Below, piece after piece: positions 1-13,672 of a stretch of 64,000 bases of DNA. Origin of the DNA: Nymphaea colorata (taxonomy: Eukaryota); the NCBI RefSeq assembly GCF_008831285.2, contig NC_045138.2, forward strand, positions 5,084,001-5,148,000, written 5' to 3'. A program made the position numbers and the translations under genes. The notes under the pieces were generated by a model. The model searched no databases. It was given only the letters and a program-made list of their open reading frames with translations, and was not told the DNA's origin. Each line of letters starts with the position of its first letter. Position 1 is the stretch's first letter.

Positions 1-159
1 TATTTCCCTTCAAAATAAAGAACCCAACTAAGCATGTTTTTCAGAATTCAGAACAAAAAATGCAAAATAAATAGCAGCCATCAGCAACCTATATTAGATG
101 GACATGAGAGACCACACTAACCTGCAGGAATAGAAACTATTTAAACAAAGGATGAGAAG

Positions 160-3100
160 TTAGCCCTCATTTCCGCATAATGAAAGCACTGATGAGTGAG
201 CAACCAACCAAATCTGTTTAGCGTCAATAGATATCCACGGCATTGTAGAAGGAATTGCAGTATTTATAGTAGATGGAATTCTGTAAACATACAAGCTATT
301 CAGAGAAGATTACAGGAGCAGTTGAAACTCTGAAGGAATGCAGCTCAATTATAGAAGCCAAAAGACTACCTCGTGCCACTAAGAAGATCATAAACTGATG
401 AAACACCAAAAGGGAAAGAAGCTCCATAAAAAATCCGTCTGTAATGTGGATGGATAATTTGACCTGTTGCATAAGAAAGCCATTTTAATCTGTCCTTAAA
501 AGTCTACCCATGCCAAACATAGGATAGATTATAAACTTGTTTTTCTCATTCTCTTCTTCATAGCAAACACAAAAAAGGAACACTTGCAGTAGAAGGGGAC
601 AAGAAACAGAAAAAAAAATGACAAAAAAGTTCTAAGGGAACATGAGACTAATTTGTTCTTTCCTTTGTACGGAAGCCAAGAAACTTAACCTATGTGTCAA
701 ACTCTTGACATTCTTTTAGTTCAAGGTTTTAAGCTGAACCATGGACAGACATGTGGAGCCCTTGTTTGCAAGAAGATATACGAACGAAAACTATTTCAAC
801 CAGAAAACTCTACTTTCTCATGTAACATGTTTTCCTAGCAACAAGGAACATTACATATTATGAAAAATCTTCAGAATCACAACGGTCTATATTGTACCCA
901 AAAAAAAATTCTAAAATCCAAATTTCTGAATGATTAGATTTCACAAAAGCACAGCTGGGCATGGCAGCTAGGCAATTTTCAAAGGCATAGGGAGTTATGG
1001 GTCCACGCATAGTTCCTCAGTCCTAGATATACGGATTTTTCCGGAACCAAACATATTTTAAAATTGATTACAAGTTTAAATTTCTGAACAAGTGGATTTG
1101 TGCAAAAGAAGCTTTCAACAAATTCCCAAGTTGTTCCTTATCACCAAATAACATACTCAAATATCAGAACATGGTTATCTACAGACAACAAGGCTGTGCA
1201 AAACTTGGTCTCAAGTTCAGTATCAGAGCTGACCCGCTCTAAGAACTAAAATGCATTTCCTGCTCAATGGAAAAACTGACCCCATCATACTCAGTTTGAA
1301 TGTAGAGCCAAGCTTCCAAACACACCGGTTTAAAAACTTGTGGGACACCAACAAATATCAAAGAATATGTCCATACTCTAGGGATTTTCCTCCAGGCGGC
1401 AGGGTCGGGTTGCCCTAACAATGCTGTTTGGTGCTGCTGCAGTCACATGTACGATGGCCTGGCTCAGACCACGGCCCATAAATTTCAGATGGAGCTGGAT
1501 TCGGACATGCCAGACATGATCCGAACCTTGCCCATGTGCAGCCATACTGACGGATACTCTCAAGTCTCAACTGCCAGAAAGAGAGATGATAGATTTTCAA
1601 AATTGCTTTTAAATAATAACTAAAAGGGTAGATTTTCAGGGAAAATGGGAATCCTATTAAATAAGGCAGACAAAGAACGTCTACAGCTTCAGCCTAAGGC
1701 TCACCTAAGCTAGTAGAGCTGACGTTTAGAACTGAAACAATCCTCTCTGGTCTTCCCTGCATCTGCTGATTTGTGAAGCCTGGCAATATTTCAAACCATA
1801 TTCCAGAGGGAAATCTTCTTGGTTGAATAATCCAAAAGAAAATTTCAGGACATGGAATTGCATGCAGGATTGAGATTGAGACTTCAATAAATATACAAAT
1901 AAATGTGATGGTTGAATTAATAATTGTGAAAAAAATGTAGAAAACTGAAGTTGTTGGAAGCAGAAGCAGGAGCGGAGAAAACAGAAGAGATCCAACAACA
2001 TGCTCCTTCACACTATAATCATAGCTATCCAATCTTAGCCGAAGAGGATTCCACTTTCGACCCCTGCAAAATGAGCAAGATCTATATCAAGAATGATACT
2101 CATTGACAAGTACTCTTGCTTACAAGCATTCAGAAACAGAAAGAACTTCACAACCCATAAACTTCTACATGGAGAAATCAGAACTTACATGGATCAAATT
2201 CAAGAAACAAAAGACACTCACTTCCATAGAAAACATTGATAAATTGATCTTCTAAGGACATTAATTTAGTCAAGTCAAGAAGTAAATCAGCAACTAAAAA
2301 TCCAGATCCAAGGAGAACCAACCTGAAAATGCGCCATAAAGATGCCAAAGCTTGAAGCTGTTGCGTATACAAAAGTGATATTAACCAATTTAGTGTGGAT
2401 AAATGGGATGTCACAAGAAATATCATGTCAAGGCAAAGTGCTTCTGCTACTGTCATACCAAAAAGGATGCCTGAAATTGAAAGTCCTATAGCAAAACATC
2501 TGAGGAAAGGCCTCATAAAAAACCAGAAGGTAGACCACACTTGGATTACATTCAGTGATATCACTCCAAGCATTTCAGCCAGCTCAGTATTAAGTTTGAA
2601 ACCAGCAGGGACACCCATCAGCCAAACACAACCTGAACGTAATATATTATTGGTGACATTGTGAACCAACAATGAGTACCATGTGCAGACTGCATCAAGG
2701 TGGCACAACAGAGAAAGCCCAAAGATGTTCCCCAGGATAACATCAAGAATGATACTCAACCACATAGAATGCTTACGTACTGCATCCTTGTGTGCATATT
2801 CCACACATGCTTGGTGTCTGCAGAACAAACCAAAACAATAAATCATGTGTCATTTGGTAAACAGGTTTGACGGAAAAAATATGTCAAAACATGAAATATT
2901 ATGGGGGCTGGATAGATAACCTGATACCACTACCTCGGAGGTAGATAGGCCAGTAGAGAAGTTGACAACTTCGGATGTGGACATTTTTCCATGTATGCCT
3001 AAACAGTTTGCTTAATATCATGCATAACGGTGATAACAGCCAATATTTCATGATCTTATGGCAGATCTGTATAATAACATAAAGAAATGCTGATGTTGAA

Positions 3101-5437
3101 GCCGCACAAATAGCGACCACTTGCCAGAGAGAAGCTGCCAACCTAAGATGTCAACATTTAAGGATATAGTAGTTCCAAGCTCTTAATCAACTAACAAACA
3201 GTGCACCCATTGAGAAAGAAAAATAGCAAATGGCCTTTGTTGCAAGTGAAGTATAACTTACATGTCAGTAATGTTATTATACTTTGATGTATTCCAAGGC
3301 GCCATACACCTTGAAAATATGGATTTTGCAGCTGAAGCATTATTGATCGCCAACATGACCATGTCCTGCAGATTAAGAAGCAATTAGATATAACACTTTT
3401 AATTTTTTGGAAGTGCATATTTTGTTTGAAACACTATGGGAAGTGCAATATACCAACGTACGAGATGGACCCTTTTGTTCAAGCTTTTGGACCCACTTAG
3501 GCTTCTTAATATTGGATGCAACACTTGCTTGAGTCCTAGCTTGCTCTAACAAACACCATGAGTTCAACGAATAATGATGGACACCATAAACTGGTTGCTC
3601 ATAAATGATCACCTGTAAATGTTTCGCACTGTAAAGTGCAGTGTTCAAAATAGCCAAAACTTTGAAGGAAATAAATCAGCATTACTTACATGAAAGTTAC
3701 AAATAAGCAATAACCCATTCCAATGCATATGATGTAGCTGAGGGACCCAGCTGAGCTTCTTAGTGGAAAGCCTATGATTATCATTACATAACTGGATCCA
3801 ACAACTTTGTCCAACAAAATGCTGCAAGCAGTGGTCTAAACATGATTCCATTATGTGATTACAATAAGGGCAGCTACTTCCAGAAGTTACACTTCCTGAT
3901 GGTGTTTGAGTTGCTTCTAGAAAAGCTCCTTCCTCAGTTACATTTTGTTCGTTGGCACTTGCACTGGCAGTAGTTTTTTGCACAACGTTACTATAATCAG
4001 CAAGATAGTGCCCCAATATCGAAAACTTTGAGTGCTCTTGCAGTAAAGGAGTCGTTGCACCATTTACATTATCAAGATTTGCCTGAACATCAAAGCAAAC
4101 GTAGTTGCTCAATCACACAAACTGAAAACAATCACATTGTTAGGTCATCAAACATGAAACGCTTAAGTGCTCAACCTTTTACTTACATCAGTTTCTGTCA
4201 AAATATCAACATTTTCCTCTAAAAAATTGTACAATGGCATTAGTAGAGAATATGTTTCCCAAACATGAATAATGAAGGACTAGAACCTCTAACCTGCGTA
4301 ACTGTTCGTCAAAGAAAACGGAATTTTTTTTGCTTGTCCAAGAGGCGATTTAATAATAACAAATAAAAAAGAAGCTATCAGAACAATATTATATTCAAAT
4401 ATAATGTAAACTAGACATATTTATGTGATCCAAACACGTTATTATGCAATATATTAATTCAAAGTGCCTGCGAACAAGCTTTAGTTATCTGCGTCTCGTT
4501 CATGCTGTATAAGATGTGTAATCAATGTCCGATCCCCTCAAGAGTGCTTGAATGTTTTAAGGCATCTTATGGAAATTTTCACCAAAATGTAAAGTTCAGA
4601 TTAAAGTACGTCTAAGATCTATTCTCTGAGAAAGGGATTCGCCTTCATCTCGTTTTCTTGACAACACACGCAAAGGGCAGCCCCATTAAAAATTTACACG
4701 CCGTAATTGCAATGTAGCATGGATCAAGGTGGCACTAAATGAAATCCCAGGGTTCCGAATTCAGGAAATACAAGCAAAATTAATTAAGGAGTATTGACAA
4801 AAATTACGAATGAGAAAATACAAAAAAGGAAAGAAATGCCCATGAAATAAGAAGAAGCAAAAACGCAACAGATTCAAACTGCAAACACCCGAACAATGTC
4901 AAAATGGGACGACCAAAGACCCGAAAAGCCGAATCAACGAAGTTGGCACCTAGCCAATCTAAAAAAGACTTTCGATTTCCTTTTGAAACAAAACCAAAGT
5001 AACCATGTTTCGAGGCACCCAATTGAATCAACCAAACTGAACGAAAACGCTAGGAGCTTAAAGCATATGGCAACTAAGAACCATCCTCGCTAGCAAGCTG
5101 AACTTCCACGTTTTCTTTTCAAATGATAACAAGCACCCATTTGGGTGTATTAGCAAACTAAGCTCACGATGAGAAGGTCAACTAAGCTTTGGTGCTTAAT
5201 CAGATTCACAAGTTTAGGGAAGATGTGAAACTGCATTAGCTGTTACCATACCTCGAGTTGGGATGGGGAAAGCTGGGGCAAAGATGCCGTGGTGGCTACG
5301 ACCACGTCGACGAGATCGTTGGAGGCGGAAGAGGGAGGAAGGAACCAGCCGAAGAGAAGGAAATCGGACTCTGGAGGCGGTCGAGCTGCGAGGTAGCTGG
5401 GCCACCACAGCCGACACTGTCCGCCCCTTGTCTGCAT
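160..5437 (-). CDS. GPI1: GPI-GlcNAc transferase subunit GPI1/PIG-Q, complete, 9 exons
   Basis: Exons 5437-5252, 4082-3690, 3612-3454, 3365-3262, 3142-2921, 2817-2323, 2063-1705, 463-370 and 280-160 all have GT-AG borders and join in frame. N-terminus is CRLWWP..LFGWF as in plant GPI1. Gpi1-domain motifs LRSGCVWLMGVPAGFKLNTELA and FRGRKWNPLRLRLDSYDY..GSLLF.P are present. Stop TAA at 162-160. Confidence 0.93.
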
Positions 5438-5947
5438 CTCTCCCTCTTCCCCTCCTCTTTCTCTTTCACTCTGTTGTCGGGTCCTGCGATGCACATTTCA
5501 AGAGGTAGCCGGCCAGTGTGGCAGTTCTTCATTTGCACCCACAATAGTTCCCGACAAAATCTATGTATTTTTATGATTTGGCTAATGTCTTCCTCTTTAT
5601 TGTGCTTCAAAACAAACTTTAAGATTCTTTCTTTCATTCACTGTACATATTTAATGTGTTGTATGTGTTCGATTACTTGAGAAATCAAAAGACAAATATA
5701 ACATTTTAAGAAGCCACGCTTAAACCCCACTCTAGCGTCCTTGATGATTGTACCAACTAGTGTTGTGAAAATACCTATTAGTTAGTATGACAAACTTTAA
5801 GGAAATGTTTGACTATTTTTACATTTTAAATTTTTTGATGTAAAAAAAAAAAATCTCATATGTGAGGTGATGTCAAATTCATGGTTTGATGATCCAGGGC
5901 TGGACCAGCTTAGTTACGGTTTTATCTCTAAGGTCAGTTATGGTTTG

Positions 5948-6252
<305 letters not shown>

Positions 6253-6746
6253 TTATATATATATATAGAGAGAGAGAGAAAAAAAAAAAATTGATGGGTC
6301 GTGCAGGTCACTCGACCATCTAGGCCGCATTGTCCATCTAAAATAAATGAAATAAGAATAAGAGGTTATGAACTAACAATAGATGATGAAAATGTTTCAC
6401 TTTTTTTTTTTGTTTTTTTTAAATCATCCCTCATATAGGATCTAATGGTAGGTATTGATTAGACGTTGAGTGACTCTAAAAAACTAGTCACCATTCATTT
6501 TTTCATGTATGCATATATTATTGTTCTTTGTTGCCATTTGTTGGGTGACATCGCTGCATGAACATTAGCAAACTATAGCGTAGCAACAGTTCAATGTGTA
6601 TTTAGCAATGATTCATGGTGGCTTTAACAAAATTGCTGGTTGGAGATAATGACACTTGAAACCTCAATTTTAAAAAGATGTCTTGATGTCCTTTGTTGTC
6701 CAGTTAAAAAAGAGAAGGCTTCAAAACTCTATATTTTTCTTGAAAG

Positions 6747-6906
6747 TAGTGGTGGAGCCAGAAAATTTGGATGGAGGGACACTCGGGCACTCGTTTAAAT
6801 AAACTCAAATCTGGTGGAGCACTTGTATATATATAAGAATAAATATTTAATTTTTTTATTTAAAAATAAACAACTTTTAAGAGGGGGCAAATGTGGTTAA
6901 CCACTG
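6747..6906. mobile_element. Non-autonomous hAT-like MITE (160 bp)
   Basis: Termini TAGTGG...CCACTG with a perfect 8-bp TSD CTTGAAAG at 6739-6746 and 6907-6914. Confidence 0.85.
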
Positions 6907-6982
6907 CTTGAAAGCCCCGACTTTTCAAGTTTTTTTTTTTCTCTCTTTTGTTTGACAGATCAAGTGTATAGGCAGTTGAAAC

Positions 6983-7230
6983 CATTGTCACAAAAAACGT
7001 GTATGGAATATATTTGAAAATCTTTGGCAAATTTTTAGAAAAAATTTAAACATTTAATAAATCATAAAAATAAGGAAAAAACATAAAAATAAGAAAAAAA
7101 TACGAAAAAGCACATGTAATATGCATTTTTTCACGTTTTTTTTTTGGCATTTTTTTGAAAAAGACACTTCTTTTCCATGTTTTATAGCTTTTTAGCATAT
7201 TATACGCGCTAACACGCATTTTTTGTGATA
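6983..7230. mobile_element. Non-autonomous hAT-like MITE
   Basis: Imperfect TIRs (TGTCACAAAAAACGTGT / ACACGCATTTTTTGTGATA), flanked by GTTGAAAC on both sides. Confidence 0.65.
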
Positions 7231-7238
7231 GTTGAAAC

Positions 7239-7411
7239 CATGGGCGGATGCGCCGAGTGGGCCACACAAAGACCCCCAAAAAATTCCACTTCTATATTTG
7301 ATATATTTGATACGCAAGATAAATTTTCTTCATTTATATTTTGGTGCCCTGCGAAAGTTCAAAATTTTACAACTAATGTCCCATAGCTATAATTTTTTTT
7401 CTCCACCGTTA
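7239..7411. mobile_element. Non-autonomous hAT-like MITE
   Basis: Termini CATGGGCGGA...TCCACCGTTA with an 8-bp TSD GTTGAAAC at 7231-7238 and 7412-7419. Confidence 0.7.
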
Positions 7412-7838
7412 GTTGAAACCCCTTTTCCGTCTCCCTATCTATCTCACGTCTTCCATCTCCATCTCCATATGGGATGCTATGCTAACACATACCCCCTAGG
7501 GTCTAGGGTTCTTTGGTCAAACTCGATCTTTATGCTTGAATTTTTCGTTTTACTGTTTAATAAAAAAAAAACGTATAATCTAATATATCACCTAATATTA
7601 GATGTATGAATTTCAAATTTTGTGCATTTAAGCGTATAATCTTAGGTTCCATCGGACCTCAAATTTAGTTTATGACCACATATTAAGAATTTCAAATCGT
7701 AATTTTCCTATAAATGTTTATTTACGTTATGAGTTCCATATAAAATGATAATTCCATCCAAATTAAGGATGGACATCAGGCCGGGGCCGATCGGGCTTTT
7801 GGGCCCCCGGTCTGGGTGTTTCAAAAAACTGACCTCCG

Positions 7839-7886
<48 letters not shown>

Positions 7887-8274
7887 CACTTAATATACCA
7901 AATGTATACCACATATCATACAAATATAAATACATGCGTTAGCAACTGGACGTCATGTACCAATTAAAATTTAAATGAAGTATTTTTCCAACGCACGGAA
8001 AATTCCATAGTGTTACTAAAAAATGTATAAGCTTTCTATCTCGAACCTCGACTACCGTTTTTTGTGTATTTTTTGTTAGCGCTGGTCACAACATAAATAT
8101 ATGATCCGAACTTCTTTCATAGTTATGACCGACATCGAAAGAGGTTAAGCCATTGAAAATAAAAGACTTGGAAACTCGATAACGAGTATTTTTTATGAAG
8201 TTATTGAAGAGGAAACGGTTTTTTGAAGTATACTATTAAATAATGGACCAACTGGTGTCTCATATTCGCTCGAT

Positions 8275-10092
8275 AACTGAATGTGTCTTAATCAAGTAAA
8301 AAAGTAGCGTTGTTAAAACGGATCTGAATGATTTGCCCAAATGAAACCCGCCAGAAATCACTACTGCTGCCTTCTCTCGTCGCTGCTGCCTCAGACGCAT
8401 CCATCGCGTGCATTCCCTGCTCTTGACAGGACTGTTTGCTACCTCCTCCTTTCCCCTTCCACATGGTTTACAGGTCTTTTCTCTATCCGCCTCTTTCTCT
8501 ATGCTGCTTTGTGGCATAACGCCTTTTTCTTCTGTGAGTTTTTTGGAGCATTTTTTTTTTCGTCTGATGAGGAAGAGCTTGTGGATCTCAAGTAAGATGT
8601 TTTTATTGCAGTGTCGATCTTGTGGCATTTTTTCGTTGGTGGATTTGTAGATTTTCTTACGGCTGTCTGTTCTTCTTTTGGGCATTATACAGTTTAGATG
8701 AGAATATTTTTTTTTCTTCTGTTTTGAGTTATACATGACTTGGGCAAACTTCTATTTTACCCTGGTTGGGTAACTGTTTGTTAGGGTTTAACGGATGCGA
8801 AGCCCCTCTCATGTTGATGGATGAAATGTAATTTCTTCCATTATTATTGTGTAAATATATGGTATTCTTAAGAGTGGATCTTCAACTTTGGATTAATTTT
8901 CAATATGCCTCCTTTATTTTATTTGACAACCTTTTTGATCAATGTTTTTATTCACTTTACAATTTGTTTGCTTTTCTAATGCTGCTCACTTTTATCTAGA
9001 CACAGCGGTTGCAGGCTATGATTAAGGCACTTTTATTGCAATATATGTTACTCTCCTTGGGATGAGAAGAATAATGTCACACGCTTCACGCAAATCGCAT
9101 CGGGTGCATGAAGCGTGCGCTTCATGTCCCTTTGCCTGGCTTCATAGGCTCAACGCTTTGCTTCGCTCATCCCATTGGTTTCACATGTGCAAACCAAAAT
9201 TTTGATTTTATATTCATAATGCAAGATAAGCAAGTTATATCCACAATCACAAAATTATACAGAAAACGTCAAATAAAGATTGGTTATCCTCAAGTAAATT
9301 GTGTTAGTAAAACCTTCCAAACAGTATTCTATCTTATCCTAACAATACCTTCTAACAGCAGAAAATCTCATGTTGCATTGTAACATGGTTCCATTGCATA
9401 TAAGCAAAATTCTCCACTTGCACAACACTATATTCGGAAATGAACAATGAAACAATGTTGTAAAAGGCGATAAGGCGAGGCGAGGTGTGATGTTAATTGA
9501 AGCATAAGCTTCACGAACAACTTTGTGAATTATATTATATTTATAAAAATAACAATAAAATTGTAAAAAATGACTACAATACTAAGCATATCAATAAAGA
9601 ACAATACACAACATGTGCAAGCCATTTGTAAATCCAAACAAATACAATGTCTTAACATACATACTACAAAGAGTAGTTGCATAAGTTGGTGCATAGCAGA
9701 GTTAAATGTTATAGAATTATCATTGACAAACAAATAACCAAAACTAGGAAAACCAACATTCAAATGATAACCATTACCTCACCTAGGTTCGAAGGAAGCC
9801 GCAACCAACCAAGGGACCATAGCATGTATGCAACTTCCTAAGGAGGGTGGTCACAGTCCACCACCTGAGAAGGCTGTGGCAGGAAGCAGGAAGGAAGCCC
9901 TACAAAAGCAGGCAACTTCCTAAGGAGGGTGGTCACAATCCACCATCAGTTAGCGTTAGTGTCGTCTATCCTTAAGTCGAGTCAACACCTAGTCTTTTAG
10001 TTAACCCGCCTAGGTTAGCTATCCTATTTCAGGTCGGGTCAGAGTTTAGGAGTCGGTCCGGTTTTATTTGGAGTCAGATCTTATTTCTGTTC
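8275..10092 (+). repeat. Left arm of a long inverted repeat (1818 bp)
   Basis: Reverse complement of 24279-25945 along its whole length apart from indels. The ORF track also shows mirrored ORFs (9530-9763 - and 24545-24835 +; 9108-9383 + and 24982-25296 -). Confidence 0.97.
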
Positions 10093-12161
10093 AGGTCACG
10101 GCTCACTAGTCGATCCGATTTGCTTCTCTTCTATTTAAACTCTTCTAAACCCTATTTGCAGGATTATGTTGTTTGAATGAATTAAGAATTTGGAGTTTAT
10201 CTCTTTTCCCCACCTGCGTGGTGTGTAAATTACCGCCATATAGGCATGTATTCTCCGCCGTATAGGCGTGTACAAATCCCTCAGCCTTTGGTTCTGACTG
10301 AAAAGAAGAAGAGAAAGCCGACGAAAGTGGTAGTTGCCAGAAAGCCACCATTGAAGACGGCGTCCTACGAGCATTCCCCAACACGTGAGCAAGCTCATCA
10401 AGGTGCAGCCCCTTGAACACAAAGCTGGTTAGAGACCGGTTGAGTTTCGGGAAGGTCTGGAGAAGCTTGGGCCATGGTTATGCCCATCTAGTACCTAGAC
10501 GATGACAATCCGGCGATAGAAGACAGGTTGGTGCTGACGCCTCTCTCTCGGTCCCATCCTTCTTCTTGCCGAAGAAAGACCAGGCAAAAGCTTGCCCTAG
10601 TAGGCCGTGATCTCCCCGAGCACATCGGGAAGAGAATAGCCAGAAAGGTAGGCCAGAGTCGGGCTAGCTAGCCCTCAAGGTTTGGCTCTAGTAGGCGGTC
10701 GTCCCCCTGTAGGATTCAGGGAGGCCATTGCCGGAAAAGCCAAGCTAAGACAAGGCTTAGTTGGTTCCCGTGCGAACGTGACTCCGGGGGATTGACATGG
10801 TCTCTACCAGTTCACGGTTGGTGGTGTCTGCAGAGTACTCTCGGCGGAACAAGCCGAGAACAGTGCTTGTGCGAAGGAACCCCTACGGTGTTGTGGTCCC
10901 TGCCGGAAGACAGCTGGTGGTGACTGTGGCGAACGGCCGGTGAAACCAAGCCGAGCGCAGTCTGGTGCTGTGGGAGCTCTCCCACTAAACGGAGAGTGGC
11001 GCCAAAGAAGAGAGGTGCTGGGTGAACACTACGAGCCTAGCAAGCATCGCCCGGATGCAAGTTATCTGACGGGCTTGGTCACAGTCAAATCCGATCACCG
11101 GAGGCCGTCGAACGAGATCGACCGGAATTACCCATTCAGGCGGCCGGAAGTCCCGCCGCTGCTATTATTCCGACAACCCCTCGAGTCCCTGCCCAAATTC
11201 TTGGAATTGCCCATCGTAAGGAATCAAACAATAAATCAGACATAAGTTCGAGAAGGGCAGAAGTGGCATTCAGAAAAGGCATTAAAGCCAAATCGCGTGT
11301 CTCCGTGCGCATTAACTCCCCGTGCAACTTTCCCAAGCATCCATTGCTCAAGCCATCACTCTGCTCCCTTCATCACGCCACGTGTCACCAACCAAGGGCC
11401 CCCGCCCTTCAAGCTCCCTAGGCGCAATCAAGTCCTCCTTCCCAACCGTCCATCTTACCACGTGTCATCATCGTGGGGCCCAAGCCCTACGAGTCCCAAG
11501 CGAGCATTAAAGGTACGTCTTTAATCCTCCTCGCTATCATCTCCCTTCTTCTTCGTAATCCCCTCTCAACCATTAAGCCCCCTCCTCCTCATCCGCGCCG
11601 GAGTATTAACTTTGTCCTCGTAGACCTTCACCCACTCGAGAATCCGAAGCCGGGCCTTAACTCCCCCTTCCTATCCGAGCCCAGCCATTAATCCCTCCCT
11701 GGTTACTTGCCTAAGGCCTAAATCCCCTCGCACTCCCTAGGCGAGTCATAGCTCTCCCTCCTCTTCCCACGCGAGGGCATTCAACTACCTCGTAACCTCA
11801 CACTCCTCACGGCAACAACGGACAGTGGCCGCGCTCCTCACGACAACAACGCCCAGCTACGACTACATAGGTCGTGCCTCTTGCGGCGTTGCCACCATCC
11901 CTCGGCCAGGCGGGCCAGCATCTTCCGTCCACTTCCATCGCTCCCCGCAACGTCATCGGCCAGGTCGTGTTGTCGCTGCCCTCGGCCAGGAGGGCCGAGC
12001 CACATCATCTCCTTCGTGGTAGGTCCTCGGCAGTAGGTTAGTGTCTTTTCTTTTGGTTTTCTTTCTTATCTAGTGTCAAGCTAGGGTCCTGTCTGGCAAG
12101 GTTGTCCTGTAATAGGAGATTGTTAGTGATTCCACTGGCTCTAGGGGTAAGGTCCTCAACA
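10093..12161 (+). mobile_element. GC-rich putative LTR or retroelement remnant; left boundary undefined and may extend into the inverted-repeat arm
   Basis: Ends in ...GGTCCTCAACA exactly where H+-PPase homology stops. A T-rich, U5-like tail precedes it. No recognisable protein coding. Confidence 0.4.
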
Positions 12162-13672
12162 GTTATCCCAGTCATTCTCTTAGTACAATTTAAACAGATA
12201 AATTGCAACAAAGAGTACCAATAGTCCATTGGCAGCAAGCAGGAAACCCACGACAGAACCAGACCTGAAGGCCACAACAAAAGCTCTGTTCCCCTTTCTT
12301 GCTTCTAGTGTAGTCCTTGCATTTGCATATGTTGCAATCTTCATGCCAAGAAAACCAAAAAAATACAGAGGTTAAGGCCTCGAGAAGGAACTCAATGGTG
12401 CTGAATACAGCATTTGCAAGTGCAGGTTTGCACAACTTCTGTTCATCATAGGCACACAGTTCTGGCTGTGTGCTAAAGCCTTTCACTGAACCCAGGAACA
12501 AGAATATAATTGCCAAAAACAATCATGAAAACACCGAGATACTTGTATTGGCCTATTGGATGAACAAGAAGTAAGTTGCTCCTGCAGACAATAGAGAAGG
12601 ACCAGTCTCAGCCTCACAGGAAGAGGTAATTTAAGCTATCTCAGAAGTGCTTCACATTATACCAGTTATGGAGATACCAGGGAAATAATGATCAAAAGAA
12701 CTAATTTACTCTTCAACAAACATTTAATATCCCAATCACGAAACACGAACGAACTCACCTCGATAGATTCTGTAAAGTTGATCCTGGTGATGTAACCTTC
12801 ACAAGGACTTCATGCATGAACATGGCGTAAAGGAAAAGCAAGTAGCTTATTCCTTATAAAATTAGCATATAGCATAATAGGTCATCATTATCTTCGTGTC
12901 ATACACCACCAACACGGCAGCCAGTATGAGAAATAAGTAACTAGATAGTTTGAAGTCTATAATGGTAATTAGCAGGAGACTAAGTAAAGGTTGGTCTGAG
13001 TTAAAGAACAACATTAAACATGAAACTGAGATTTGTGTTTACTCTTTTGCCTGCTTTATGCATAATTCTATAAAATTTCCTCGGAAATCTAGCAGCCATC
13101 ACCAAACCTTGTTGTCATTGCATCGTAAAGGAAAAAGATTAATCAATGTACTACAAATAAAAATAAGAAATTTAGAGACCAGGAACTATAAAAAAGTTGA
13201 AGACAATGGCTTTTTGTTTTATGTATAAAATTTAAATTAAATAACTGAAACACATGATTTAAACATATCAAATGTGTGATCGACTATATGAGTTCTGCCT
13301 CGAATTGGCTCACGAAAGTTTGAAACCGACCCCAGTTCAAGGACATAAAAACAAAGAACTTGCATATCATTGACACGATGAACAGTAATGCCCCTCACGA
13401 ACCCAACCATAAAAGCACGCTAAATTACTCATACCTATGGAAATGGCATTCTGAATCTCACAGCACTTCGTCACGACCATGTTGGCATCAACATCCTCTT
13501 CCTCTTCATCCAACAACGCCTCTGCAATCCCTCCTTCCGATGGTTGGCGGTCCACAGAAAGCCTGATTCCGGACACCAGAAACCATTGGTACAGAGCAAA
13601 CACAATTCCGATAACCGCAATCACCTGAATGAAGATATACACAAAGAGTTTGCCAACTAGAGCAGAACCCAT
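12162..13672 (-). pseudogene. AVP1: Vacuolar H+-pyrophosphatase (AVP1/VHP1-type) pseudogene, 5' two coding exons only
   Basis: Exon 13672-13435 reads MGSA..IGIVFALYQW..KCCEIQNAISIG. Exon 12581-12162 reads [77 protein letters not shown]. It has an 8-bp insertion, several frameshifts and stops, and breaks off at NDWD. Confidence 0.92.

Noticed and set aside
8100..8212. GTTAT+TGAAGAGG as left TSD/terminus matching CCTCAACA+GTTAT at 12161, with faint AVP1-like codons beyond it
   Set aside because: Short matches are expected by chance in AT-rich DNA. The supposed AVP1 continuation is far more degenerate than the rest of the pseudogene. It needs a real alignment.
9108..9763. ORFs conserved between the two arms
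   Set aside because: Conservation simply reflects recent duplication; no recognisable domain.
9830..9945. Repeat-spacer-repeat resembling a minimal CRISPR array
   Set aside because: Only two units, a eukaryotic context and no cas genes; it is a local duplication.
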